A model generated the notes under the pieces. The model had not been told where the DNA came from, did not search any database, and worked only from the letters and a program-made list of their open reading frames with translations. 43,383 nucleotides of DNA from an uncultured bacterium. Its GTDB lineage: Bacteria; Muiribacteriota; Ozemobacteria; Ozemobacterales; Ozemobacteraceae. Location of the stretch: positions 22,265 to 65,647 of the forward strand of contig CAZFUG010000002.1 of NCBI GenBank assembly GCA_964522035.1, in the 5' to 3' direction. Shown here in pieces: positions 15,591 through 24,474 of the stretch. How positions within the stretch are numbered: position 1 is the stretch's first letter; the number at the start of each line of letters is the position of its first letter. The position numbers were made by a program, and so were the translations under genes.

Positions 15591-16541
15591 ATGCTCGAAT
15601 TCACGCTCAGAAGAATTGTCGCCACCATACCTGTTCTTCTGGGCATTCTTATTGTCGCTTTTACCGTTCTTTACCTGATTCCGGGCGACCCGGCACAGAC
15701 AGTCGCCGGCCCGCGTGCTGATGCCGAAACCATCGCGCGCATCAGAGCCGAGATGGGGCTCGATCAGCCACTGTTTACCCGTTTCTGGTCTTATCTCAGC
15801 AAGGTTGCGGGTGGCGATCTCGGCGATTCAGTAGTTACCGGCAAACCGGTTCTCGAATCGCTGACCGAGAAACTTCCCTATACCCTCAAACTTGCTTCTC
15901 TTGCGATGCTGGTGTCGATTTTTGCCGGTGTCGTCATGGGCATTGTCAGCGCCATTACTCAGGGCCGCTGGCTTGATCGTCTCTGCACCGTGTTTTCGGT
16001 TGCCGGTATCAGTATTCCGGTGTTTCTGTCGGGTCTGGTGTTTCTCTATGTGTTTGCGGTCAAGCTGCGCTGGTTCCCGACCTCAGGTTTCAGAGCCGGC
16101 GACAGCCTGCTGGTTTTCGTTCTGCCAGCCTTCACTCTCGGAATAAGATCCGCGGCTTTTCTGGCCCGAATCGTCAGAAGCAGCATGATCGAGGTTCTCA
16201 ATCAGGACTTCATCAGAACCGCCCGGGCCAAAGGCCTCAGCCGAACCCGCATTCTTTTCCGGCACGGACTGGTTAACGCTCTGGTTCCGGTGGTTACCGT
16301 AATCGGCCTCGACCTGTCGAGCTACCTGAACGGCTCGGTTATTGTCGAAACGATTTTTGATCTGCCAGGAATCGGCCGTTTCGCGATGGATGCAATTTTA
16401 CAGCGCGATTACCCGATCATTCAGGGGGTCGTACTTCTTGGCGCTTTTGTTTTTATTATGGTGAACCTGTTCATCGATCTGTTCTACGCCTGGATCAACC
16501 CGAAAATTCGTGATGAAATGATGGGAAAATCAGCCGGATGA
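15591..16541 (+). CDS. ABC peptide transporter permease (DppB/OppB-like)
   Basis: MLEFTLRRIVATIPVLLGILIVAFTVLYLIPGDP is the conserved DppB N-terminus. EAA-loop region FIRTARAKGLS. 316 aa. Confidence 0.9.
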   Translation: MLEFTLRRIVATIPVLLGILIVAFTVLYLIPGDPAQTVAGPRADAETIARIRAEMGLDQPLFTRFWSYLSKVAGGDLGDSVVTGKPVLESLTEKLPYTLKLASLAMLVSIFAGVVMGIVSAITQGRWLDRLCTVFSVAGISIPVFLSGLVFLYVFAVKLRWFPTSGFRAGDSLLVFVLPAFTLGIRSAAFLARIVRSSMIEVLNQDFIRTARAKGLSRTRILFRHGLVNALVPVVTVIGLDLSSYLNGSVIVETIFDLPGIGRFAMDAILQRDYPIIQGVVLLGAFVFIMVNLFIDLFYAWINPKIRDEMMGKSAG

Positions 16542-17365
16542 AACAGATATTCAGACGCATGACCGTAGCCGGGTGGCTCAGCGTGACCGGAATCTTCGTG
16601 GTTCTTGTCGTTGCACTGTTTGCGCCATTGCTGGTTACCAACGACCCTATGGAAACCGACCCGCTTCGCCGTCTTTCAAAGGCAGATGGATTTCCGCTCG
16701 GTTGTGACCAGCTGGGACAGTGTGTCTACTCGCGACTGATATATGGCGCGAGATTGTCTCTGATAATCGGTTTTTCATCGCGACTTACCGCGCTTCTGAT
16801 CGGTCTCGCCGTCGGGCTTGCCGCCGGTTATTTTGGTGGCTGGCTTGACTGGTTTCTGATGCGCATCGTCGATATGTTTCTTGCTTTTCCGAGCCTGCTG
16901 CTGGCTATAGCCGTTTCGATGGTTCTTGGCAGTGGCATTGGAACGGTAATTTTTGCGCTGGCAGTGGTCGGCTGGGCTGAAATGGCGCGCATCATACGCT
17001 CGGCGGCTCTTGAACTGCGATCGGCCGAATACGTGATTGCTGCGAGAACTCTGGGTGCAAGTCACCTGCGCATAATTCTGACTCACATTCTGCCAAATTG
17101 TCTGCCGTTGATTACCGTAATTTTTACCATGGGCATGGCGACCGCCGTATTGTCCGAGGCCAGCCTCAGCTTTCTCGGTCTCGGTGTCGACCCCTCTCTC
17201 CCCACCTGGGGCGGAATGGTAGCCGCCGGAAAAGATTACATGCTGCGCCGGCCTGAGCTGGTAGTTTACCCCGGGGCCTGCATCGCTTTTCTGGTAATTG
17301 TTTTTAACGTTTTTGGCGACGAACTTCGCGATATTCTTGACCCATCACGCAAAGGACACTGGTGA
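16538..17365 (+). CDS. ABC peptide transporter permease (DppC/OppC-like)
   Basis: PLGCDQLGQCVYSRLIYGAR and EYVIAARTLGASHLRIILTHILPN are typical DppC blocks. 4-nt overlap with the upstream permease gene. Confidence 0.9.
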   Translation: MKQIFRRMTVAGWLSVTGIFVVLVVALFAPLLVTNDPMETDPLRRLSKADGFPLGCDQLGQCVYSRLIYGARLSLIIGFSSRLTALLIGLAVGLAAGYFGGWLDWFLMRIVDMFLAFPSLLLAIAVSMVLGSGIGTVIFALAVVGWAEMARIIRSAALELRSAEYVIAARTLGASHLRIILTHILPNCLPLITVIFTMGMATAVLSEASLSFLGLGVDPSLPTWGGMVAAGKDYMLRRPELVVYPGACIAFLVIVFNVFGDELRDILDPSRKGHW

Positions 17366-17366
17366 A

Positions 17367-18131
17367 ATGAGCTCTTCCAAACGACCTCTGATCGGTATCG
17401 CCTACGCAGACTCTTCGGTGCGCGACCAGGAAATGCGCATTCGAACCTACGTGTCGCGCAAATATTATCATGCCGTGCAGAAGGCCGGTGGCGACCCGAT
17501 TCTACTGCCAGCGCCGCTGCTGCTGCCCGGGCAAAATTCCCGTGAGTTCTTCGAGCGTTTTGTCATGCGCTATCTTGGCCTGATCGATGGTCTGCTGATG
17601 CCGGGCGGCGAAGACGTGCACCCGCGCTTTCAGGGCGAAGATCCTCTGCCAACGCTTGATCTCGTTAATCCGTTCCGCGATGAATATGAGTTGCTGCTCG
17701 TCGAAAAGGCCAGTCGTGAATTTTCACTGCCGGTTCTTGGCATCTGCAGGGGTTGTCAGGTAATTGCTGTTGCCCTCGGCGGCAAAGTGCATCAGGACCT
17801 CGCCGGCGTCGCCGGTGTGCAGCATTCGCAGAAAGCTCCGCGCTGGTCACCTTCACATCAGGTAACCATGTCAGAGGGCTCGCAGCTTGCCCGGGCAATA
17901 AAATCGCCCTCGGGCAAGGTTTTTACCAACTCGTTTCACCATCAGGCGGTTAAAGAAGTGCCGGCCGGTTTTATCGCCTCAGGTCATACCGGCGACGGAG
18001 TCATTGAAGCTATTGAAAGCCGTGAATCAAGGTTTTTTGTCGGGGTTCAGTGGCATCCCGAAGAAACTTTCGACGGCGACGAATACAGCCGTAATCTTTT
18101 TTCTGCCTTCATAAACGCCGCCTCAGCATAG
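17367..18131 (+). CDS. Peptidase C26 / class-I glutamine amidotransferase-like gamma-glutamyl hydrolase (PuuD-like)
   Basis: The ORF runs 17298..18131, but the ATG at 17367 (MSSSKRPLIGI...) starts 2 nt after the dppC-like stop. Nucleophile elbow GICRGCQ, then HHQAV and VQWHPE catalytic His/Glu region. Confidence 0.85.
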   Translation: MSSSKRPLIGIAYADSSVRDQEMRIRTYVSRKYYHAVQKAGGDPILLPAPLLLPGQNSREFFERFVMRYLGLIDGLLMPGGEDVHPRFQGEDPLPTLDLVNPFRDEYELLLVEKASREFSLPVLGICRGCQVIAVALGGKVHQDLAGVAGVQHSQKAPRWSPSHQVTMSEGSQLARAIKSPSGKVFTNSFHHQAVKEVPAGFIASGHTGDGVIEAIESRESRFFVGVQWHPEETFDGDEYSRNLFSAFINAASA

Positions 18132-18162
18132 CGGTCTTATCACCTTTGTCACATTAGAGGTC

Positions 18163-18268
18163 GGGAATGGGCAACTTGTATATCATTCCTGCGAAGGCAG
18201 GCATCTAAGCTATTACCAACAGTATTCCCGCACTTTCCCTCTTCGGGGGGTATTCTTCACTGGAATGA
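18163..18268. repeat. Cluster of decayed REP-like palindrome fragments in a 251-bp non-coding gap
   Basis: cattcctgcgaaggcaggcat (18184-18204) resembles the 4936-4955 element, with a compensatory C->T / G->A pair that keeps the stem. Half-sites: gggaatg (18163-18169), attcccgc (18224-18231), ggaatga (18262-18268). Confidence 0.4.
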
Positions 18269-18382
18269 TGGCAAAACTACAGATTCAGATTTGACAAAAC
18301 ACTTACGTCTTAACTGTCCCCCCTAAACTTTTTGGGCATTTATGCCGATATATAGTACAGGGACGATAAAAGGGGGCAGTGT

Positions 18383-18865
18383 ATGAAAAAGATAACCCGC
18401 GCGATTCTGCTGGCTGTGATTCTGGTCATGGCTTTCAGTGGTTTCAAGACCATTGAGAACCGCTCGGTCGAAATCCTTGACTGCCAGCTGACCACCAACG
18501 AAGCCAACCTGAAAATTCTGCCGGGTACCCGCTATCGTCAAAATTCAGTCAGTCTGAGAGTTGCTGTTCACGAAAACACAAAAACCGCCGCTGAAGGTTT
18601 CAGAAAAGTTGAATTGCTGCAGATTCCGGCTGGCGGCATAACTTTTAGAGTGCCTCTTTCAAAACGGCTCAATTCTGGCCAGAGCTATAAAGTGGCTGTA
18701 ATGGTCGACGAAATCGAAACCGGCAACCGTGAAATCCAGTGGGCTTCGCTTAAAGTTCAGGGCACCAGCTCCGATGACTTTTTTTCACGCAAATTCAGAC
18801 CGATAAACGAGCCTGCCAATCTGCGCAACCAGATAAGCGCCGGGGCAATCAGAAGCCGCCTTTAA
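18383..18865 (+). CDS. Hypothetical exported protein (160 aa)
   Basis: N-terminal signal/anchor MKKITRAILLAVILVMAFSGF. GGGGG RBS-like tract 6 nt upstream. No family recognised. Confidence 0.6.
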   Translation: MKKITRAILLAVILVMAFSGFKTIENRSVEILDCQLTTNEANLKILPGTRYRQNSVSLRVAVHENTKTAAEGFRKVELLQIPAGGITFRVPLSKRLNSGQSYKVAVMVDEIETGNREIQWASLKVQGTSSDDFFSRKFRPINEPANLRNQISAGAIRSRL

Positions 18866-18994
18866 TGCGGTTTTCGTTTTTCTTGCCTTAGAACCGCGTT
18901 TTTGTCCATGAAAATACTGCTTTAAGAGCAAAAAAGGCATGAATTTTTCGTGACTTTCCTCTTTTTATAGCCTTTTCAGCTGGTCCGACCCCAA

Positions 18995-19897
18995 TTATAA
19001 AAACCGGTAGGAATGGATCACCAGAACGACGGCTATAGCCCAGATAACCACGCATATCTGCAGTGGCCGGTCGCTCAGAACCACTTCTGATGGATTTTCT
19101 CCCAGTTCCTGGATATGAATCAGGTAGAGATACCTCAATATACCGTAAATAACCATTGGCACCGTATAAATCATTCTGTCACTGCCAAATTTGGCTATCG
19201 TTTCAGGGCTGACCGTATAGAACGTGTAGGTGACAATCGCTGTGGCGGCGAGAATAGAAGTCATCTGATCGATATAGTTCAGTGAATATTGCGCCAGAAT
19301 CTTGCGATGCTTGACCGCATCGTCGTTATAATTGGCTATTTCCTGGCGGCGCTTGGCCAGGCCGAGAAACATTGCCAACATCAGTGTCGAAAGCAGCAGC
19401 CAGTGTGAAATGTAGATTCCTGGTTCAAGACTTTTCAGGGCACCGACGCCGGCAGTCGCACGCAGCACAAAACCGATGGCAATGCACATTACGTCGAGTA
19501 TCACAATGTTTTTCAGTTTGAAACTGTAAGCGAGATTCAGCATGAAGTAGGCGAGTGACAGCGAGAAAAACAGCGGCGAAAGATTCCAGGCTGCCAGCAG
19601 GCTGATTATGAGAATGATGATAAGAGCACCCTTGGCTTCTGTTACTGAGAGCTCGCCGGATGGTATCGGTCGCTGGCATTTTATCGGATGCAAACGGTCT
19701 TTTTCAAGGTCGGCGAGGTCGTTTAGCAGATAGACGCTGCCTGAAAGGCCACAGAAAGTGAAAAAACCGGCAACGGTGAACAGCCACGCCTGCCCGGAAA
19801 ACAGCAGACCTTTCTCCGAAAACAGCAGGGCCGCGAACAGAATCAGGTTCTTGGTCCATTGTTTCGGGCGAAGACTGTTGAACACAGGTGCTATCAT
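18995..19897 (-). CDS. UbiA-family prenyl-phosphate phosphoribosyltransferase (decaprenyl-phosphate phosphoribosyltransferase-like)
   Basis: N-terminus LRPKQWTKNLILFAALLFS and Asp-rich motif YLLNDLADLEKDRLHP (NDxxDxxxD) are typical of the DPPR-synthase branch of UbiA. About 8 TM helices. 300 aa. Confidence 0.75.
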   Translation of the reverse strand: MIAPVFNSLRPKQWTKNLILFAALLFSEKGLLFSGQAWLFTVAGFFTFCGLSGSVYLLNDLADLEKDRLHPIKCQRPIPSGELSVTEAKGALIIILIISLLAAWNLSPLFFSLSLAYFMLNLAYSFKLKNIVILDVMCIAIGFVLRATAGVGALKSLEPGIYISHWLLLSTLMLAMFLGLAKRRQEIANYNDDAVKHRKILAQYSLNYIDQMTSILAATAIVTYTFYTVSPETIAKFGSDRMIYTVPMVIYGILRYLYLIHIQELGENPSEVVLSDRPLQICVVIWAIAVVLVIHSYRFL

Positions 19898-20163
19898 AGA
19901 TGTTCCTGACTGAATTTTGGTTTATGTCGCAGATTCTAGCAGCTGAGCTCGATTCTGTAAAGATTTCCATGTTCTGAGCCGGGACTGCAACATTGAATAT
20001 TCTGGCTCAGCGCTTTTTACAGAAATCGCGAAGATGGTAATACCGTTTTAAGGATGCCTGATGCGTTTGTTTGATATCCTTGTCTGTGGTTTTTGTTCAT
20101 ATTTTAGGTGACTGCAGGCCGGTTTGTGTTAAAATTCGTTATTACTGTCGCAACGTATAAATA

Positions 20164-21303
20164 ATGCAAACTACAGGACCGGAAATACTGCTGATAAAGC
20201 TGCCGGCCGACTGTGATGTCGTCTGGCCCTGCTATAATCGATTCCCCGGGCGGAACGCTCCCCTGGGGCTTCTTTGTCTTGCCGCAGTCGAGCCTCAGAG
20301 AATCGTGACTCTCGATGCGGCCACCAGTCAGGGGTTGATCGACTGTCTTTCTTCATATCCGCCAGAAAGCATTAAAGCGGTTATTCTGCAGCGATCAGAC
20401 AAAACCGACCCGGAAAAGGCCAGAGCCTTTTCGCATCGGGTTCGCGAGCTTCTGCCCAAGGCCTCTGTCGGTGTCAATACCGAAAAAGCCGAAGTGCCTG
20501 TCTGGGCAGATTTTGCCGTCGACGGCACCGGCAAATCAGCTGTTTTGAGAATTCTGCGCGGTGACCGACTCACGGGTTTTATAGATCACCGACATGACGA
20601 CGATCTTTCGCCGTTGCCTGTTCCTTTGGAGCCTTTTATTGACTGTGGTTACGACATTCACCCTGAAAAATGGTTGGCCGGAACCACCCTGGAAATTTGC
20701 CAGCCGTGGCAGGGTTTACACGATATGAGCTCCACCAGACGCAGCTGGCCAGGTCTGGATTGGGTTTCAGGTCTGGTTTCATGGCTAAAGGCTTCAGCCA
20801 TTGCTGCCTTTCATTTCCGGCCTTCCGGTCTCAACTGTGATGATCTGCATGAATTGCGCTCGCTTCTGCTCAATCAGAAGGCCCGCTTTGCAGTTTCTTT
20901 CGCTGCCGATGACGATATCAACATTCGTCAGATCGGCTGGCCTCTGCAGCAGGTCTGGCTTTATTATCCGACCCGGACTTCAGCTGACAGAATGCGCGAA
21001 CATCTGCAGCACATTCATGATGCAGGTTTTCAGGCCGGTCTGCAGGTAAACTCGGCATGGCTGGGTTGCCATGGCTATGGTGGCATGACCGGGCTTGTCG
21101 ATCGTCTGGCGATAACAGATGACGGGTTCTGGCCTGCAGGAGAACTTCGCCGACTGGTTTTGCGCTACTGGGCTGGCAAAAACCGTTTTTTTCGCAGACT
21201 TTTCTCTCTCAGAAATGCTTCTGAACTGGTTATGTTCATGAAGACTTCCTATTTTCTCCTCGAAACTCTTTTTTCATCTGACGAACAAGGCGGTAAAAGA
21301 TGA
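20164..21303 (+). CDS. Hypothetical protein, possibly a degenerate B12-binding/radical-SAM-like fold lacking the CxxxCxxC cluster
   Basis: N-terminus EILLIKLP...NAPLGLLCLAAVEPQRIVTLDA resembles the Rossmann-like N-domain of class-B radical SAM proteins. There is no CxxxCxxC anywhere; the expected position reads TLEICQPWQGLHD. No obvious RBS. ATGA overlap with aroQ. The fold assignment is low confidence. Confidence 0.55.
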   Translation: MQTTGPEILLIKLPADCDVVWPCYNRFPGRNAPLGLLCLAAVEPQRIVTLDAATSQGLIDCLSSYPPESIKAVILQRSDKTDPEKARAFSHRVRELLPKASVGVNTEKAEVPVWADFAVDGTGKSAVLRILRGDRLTGFIDHRHDDDLSPLPVPLEPFIDCGYDIHPEKWLAGTTLEICQPWQGLHDMSSTRRSWPGLDWVSGLVSWLKASAIAAFHFRPSGLNCDDLHELRSLLLNQKARFAVSFAADDDINIRQIGWPLQQVWLYYPTRTSADRMREHLQHIHDAGFQAGLQVNSAWLGCHGYGGMTGLVDRLAITDDGFWPAGELRRLVLRYWAGKNRFFRRLFSLRNASELVMFMKTSYFLLETLFSSDEQGGKR

Positions 21304-21722
21304 TACATATTGTTAATGGTCCGAATCTGAATCTGCTTGGCCGCCGTGAACCAGCAATTTACGGCACGCGAACCCTTAAAAATATTCAGGAAGAACTTGA
21401 AGAACTGGCATTCTGCAACAATGAGCAGTTGTCTTTCTTTCAGAGCAATCATGAGGGCGAGATTCTCGATTACCTCCAGAAACTGAAAGAAGGCGACCGG
21501 GTTATCATCAACCCCGGTGCTTTGGCGCATTCGAGCATCAGTTTGCGCGACTGTATCGTCGGAACCGGTATCGAGGCCGTTGAGGTGCATATTTCCAATA
21601 TTTCCGCCAGAGAAGCTTTCCGCCAGAATTCACTGATCAGTCCAGTCTGCCGTGGAGTCATTTCTGGACTCGGTGCCGATGGTTACCGACTTGCCCTGAC
21701 CTGGTTCATCGAGAGGGAATAG
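21300..21722 (+). CDS. aroQ: Type II 3-dehydroquinate dehydratase
   Basis: MIHIVNGPNLNLLGRREPAIYG, QSNHEGEILD, INPGALAHSSISLRD, EVHISNI..REAFR: canonical AroQ blocks. 140 aa. Confidence 0.95.
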   Translation: MIHIVNGPNLNLLGRREPAIYGTRTLKNIQEELEELAFCNNEQLSFFQSNHEGEILDYLQKLKEGDRVIINPGALAHSSISLRDCIVGTGIEAVEVHISNISAREAFRQNSLISPVCRGVISGLGADGYRLALTWFIERE

Positions 21723-23917
21723 TGACAGCATTGCCAGCCAGACCGATCGAGCTTCTTGCGCCTGCCGGCAGCCCTGCATGTCTTAAAGCAGCCTGCATTG
21801 CAGGTGCTGACGCGGTTTATCTTGCCGGAAAAAGATTTGGCGCCCGCGCTTTTGCTGCCAATTTTGACGAGAAAAGCCTTCGCTGGGCGCGCCGGGTTAC
21901 TCAGGCTCTCGGAAAAAAAATGTATGTAACCCTTAATACCATTGTTTTTGAACATGAATGGAAACTTCTCGACGAAGCTCTGAATTTTTATGAATCCTTA
22001 CAGCCTGACGCGCTGATAATTCAGGATATCGGGGTCGCGATTGAATTGAAACGCCGCGGCAGTCGGATACCGCTGCATCTCAGCACTCAGGGGGCCTGGT
22101 TTGGCTGCGGCGGCGCCGAAGAACTCAGGGAACTTGGTATTTCCCGGGTGATTCTGCCGCGAGAAGTCAGTGCTGACGAACTTGAGCAGTTGCTGAAAGC
22201 TGCGCCTTTCGAACTTGAAGTATTTGTGCATGGGGCCATGTGCTACAGCATTTCCGGGCGCTGTTTCTGGAGTATCGCGCTCGGAACCCGTTCCGGGAAC
22301 CGCGGTACCTGTGCACAGCCATGCCGGCGTGAATATTCGCTCGATGGCAACTGCGGCAACAGTGGCAGTTGCCTTTTCAGCCCGCGCGATCTTCGCCTGA
22401 TCAATGAGGTTGAGTGGCTTAAGAATTCAGGTGTCGCGTCTTTAAAAATTGAAGGGCGCATGAAGAGCCCTGAATATGTTTATCAGGTCGTTAAGGCCTA
22501 TAGAGAAGCTCTCGATAACTGCAGAGGCAAAGAGACTGCAAAACTCAACGAAGTTTTTACCAGGGCGGCATCACCGGGTTTCTTCAATGGCCCGGTTGAA
22601 CCTGCCAACTGGCAGACCGGCGAGAATCCAGGTAGAGAAGGAGTTCTGGTAGGTGTTACCACCGGAAAAACCTCCGACGGACTCGTTGAACTGCAGGTTA
22701 AAGAGATGCCTGTTCCCGGCGATGGCATCGTCTGGGAAAAAAATGGCGAACAGCAGGGTGCCAGAATTACCTGGGTCAAAAATGATAGAAAACACCTGAA
22801 AATGGCCTGGGTGCGCGGGTTGCCGGTTACTCTCGGCGGTGGCGTTGAACTGCGGCGAACCTCAGCCTCAGACGAAGGTGCCTGGGAATCACAGTGGAAC
22901 CGCGATTGGGAGCGCCGGCCCGTCGATCTTTTCTGGTCGGGGCATGAGGGGACTCCTCTTGCTGTAGAAGCGGTTATCAATGAGCACCGACTGCGGCTTG
23001 AGTCAGAAGAGCTTCTGCAGCTGGCTCTCAACAAGGGGCTCGAAGATGGGCCGCTGCAGGAAAAATTTGCGGTGCTCGGCGACCTTTTCAAATCAGGCAG
23101 AATGATCACCAAACTTCTGGGAAAGGGACTGCATATCAGCGGCAGTGCTCTTAAAAAACTTAAACGATCACTGGTAGAAAGCCTCTGCCGCCTTGAGCAG
23201 TTGCCGCCGCCAAAGGGGGAACCGTCGCTTGCAGCCCTGATAAAGTCTTCGCGTCAGAGTCGGCCTGATTATTCACGGCACTTTGCAGAAAATACCAGGC
23301 CCCAGGTCAACCTGCGCGTCTGGAATCACAGCTTTCCGTTTTTGCGCGACCTGCCGGTCGATGGCTGGATCCTTCCCTGGCATGGCGACAATACCCGCGC
23401 CGAAATGGTTCTGCGCAGTCGTGTTTCGTGGTGGTTGCCGCCAATACTGACTCGGAAACAGTTCGAACGCCTGGCTGACGAACTCAGAGGCCTTGAATCA
23501 GGTAGTTTTATCTGCTTTGGCTGGGAAGGCTTCGCTCTGGCAAAGATGTTTCCCGGGCTTAAATTCGCTTTCGACTGGTCTTTCAATATCTGCAACCTTG
23601 CTGCACTGGATTTTATACGCAACTGCGGCATTGATGCGGTGTTCTCACGCGAATGGCGCGAAGAAGGCATTCCGGCTGATCTTGCCGGTTTTCGCAGTAA
23701 CTATGCCTGGAACCCGCTGGTGTCGTTTACCCGTTTCAGGCCTGATTTAAAGGCTGGTGCGGTTGCGCAGAACTCTCATAACGACAGATTTTTCGTGCTG
23801 CCGGTCGGCAATGAGGTAACCGCGATGTTTATTGAAGACAAGCCGACTTCAATCATTCGCCGGAACAGTGCTTCGCTGCAGATCGATGTTGCGATTTCGC
23901 CTGAAGAAAAGACCTGA
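21722..23917 (+). CDS. Long-form peptidase-U32-family protein (Fe-S type, RlhA/TrhP/UbiU-like catalytic domain plus a large C-terminal extension)
   Basis: GTG start overlaps the aroQ TAG by 1 nt. IELLAPAGSPACLKAACIAGADAVYLAGKRFGARA is the U32 N-terminus. EVFVHGAMCYSISGRCFWS matches the U32 signature, with W at the penultimate position. GNRGTCAQPCRREY supplies two more Cys, giving 4 conserved Cys in total. 731 aa. Confidence 0.9.
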   Translation: MTALPARPIELLAPAGSPACLKAACIAGADAVYLAGKRFGARAFAANFDEKSLRWARRVTQALGKKMYVTLNTIVFEHEWKLLDEALNFYESLQPDALIIQDIGVAIELKRRGSRIPLHLSTQGAWFGCGGAEELRELGISRVILPREVSADELEQLLKAAPFELEVFVHGAMCYSISGRCFWSIALGTRSGNRGTCAQPCRREYSLDGNCGNSGSCLFSPRDLRLINEVEWLKNSGVASLKIEGRMKSPEYVYQVVKAYREALDNCRGKETAKLNEVFTRAASPGFFNGPVEPANWQTGENPGREGVLVGVTTGKTSDGLVELQVKEMPVPGDGIVWEKNGEQQGARITWVKNDRKHLKMAWVRGLPVTLGGGVELRRTSASDEGAWESQWNRDWERRPVDLFWSGHEGTPLAVEAVINEHRLRLESEELLQLALNKGLEDGPLQEKFAVLGDLFKSGRMITKLLGKGLHISGSALKKLKRSLVESLCRLEQLPPPKGEPSLAALIKSSRQSRPDYSRHFAENTRPQVNLRVWNHSFPFLRDLPVDGWILPWHGDNTRAEMVLRSRVSWWLPPILTRKQFERLADELRGLESGSFICFGWEGFALAKMFPGLKFAFDWSFNICNLAALDFIRNCGIDAVFSREWREEGIPADLAGFRSNYAWNPLVSFTRFRPDLKAGAVAQNSHNDRFFVLPVGNEVTAMFIEDKPTSIIRRNSASLQIDVAISPEEKT

Positions 23918-23956
23918 ACCGGATGCTGGAATCTTTCAGAAACGCCTGAAGTAAGG

Positions 23957-24415
23957 TCAGGCAGATCTTTCGACGAAACCGCGACCCTGTGGTTTTACGG
24001 TAAGAACCGCACAGGGAGATTTTCTGGCGATCTCGTAACTGTTGCCGCCAAGCCATGAATCGATGAAACCGGTTTTGCCATGGGCACCGATGATGATCAG
24101 GCTGATTTCGTTATCTTTGGCATAGTTGATGATGGCTTCATAAACCAGGCCGCCCTGAACTTTTCTGATGATGTCGAAATCGTTGTATTTGGCAGGAACA
24201 AAGCTTTCGAGCTGCTTCATGTTCTGCTCGTGCCACTTGGTAGAAGTTTCGAGCGGATCACCAAGGTTGCCGGCGTGAAGAACGTCTTCTTCGATGACGT
24301 TGAGAAGATGAATCTGCGCGCCATATTCGCTGGCAAAGGTGGCGGCATATCTGAGAGCCAGTTCTGAACCTTCCGAAAAATCAACGGGTACAAGAATTTT
24401 GTTAATTTTTATCAT
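23957..24415 (-). CDS. Universal stress protein (UspA family)
   Basis: KILVPVDFSEGSELALRYA...IHLLNV...LIIIGAHGKTGFIDSWLGGNSYEIARKSPCAVLTV is the typical Usp ATP-binding pattern. 152 aa. Confidence 0.9.
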   Translation of the reverse strand: MIKINKILVPVDFSEGSELALRYAATFASEYGAQIHLLNVIEEDVLHAGNLGDPLETSTKWHEQNMKQLESFVPAKYNDFDIIRKVQGGLVYEAIINYAKDNEISLIIIGAHGKTGFIDSWLGGNSYEIARKSPCAVLTVKPQGRGFVERSA

Positions 24416-24474
24416 CGAAGAACCTTCCCATAAATGTTTCGCTCATTTTACAATTCAAAGACTTTGAGGTCAAT

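Noticed and set aside
17298-17366. N-terminal extensions given by the ORF track (17298 for the C26 peptidase; likewise 27212 for the PLDc_N protein, 38420 for GT9, 27253 for the LysM protein, 31975 for rpmB)
   Set aside because: The extensions overlap the preceding gene or contain the RBS of a downstream in-frame ATG. They add non-homologous residues ahead of well-defined N-termini or signal peptides.
22498-23112. 204-aa minus-strand ORF (Ser/Pro/Arg-rich) inside the U32 gene
   Set aside because: It is antisense to a gene with strong family motifs. Its composition is typical of an out-of-frame artefact in GC-rich codon position 3.
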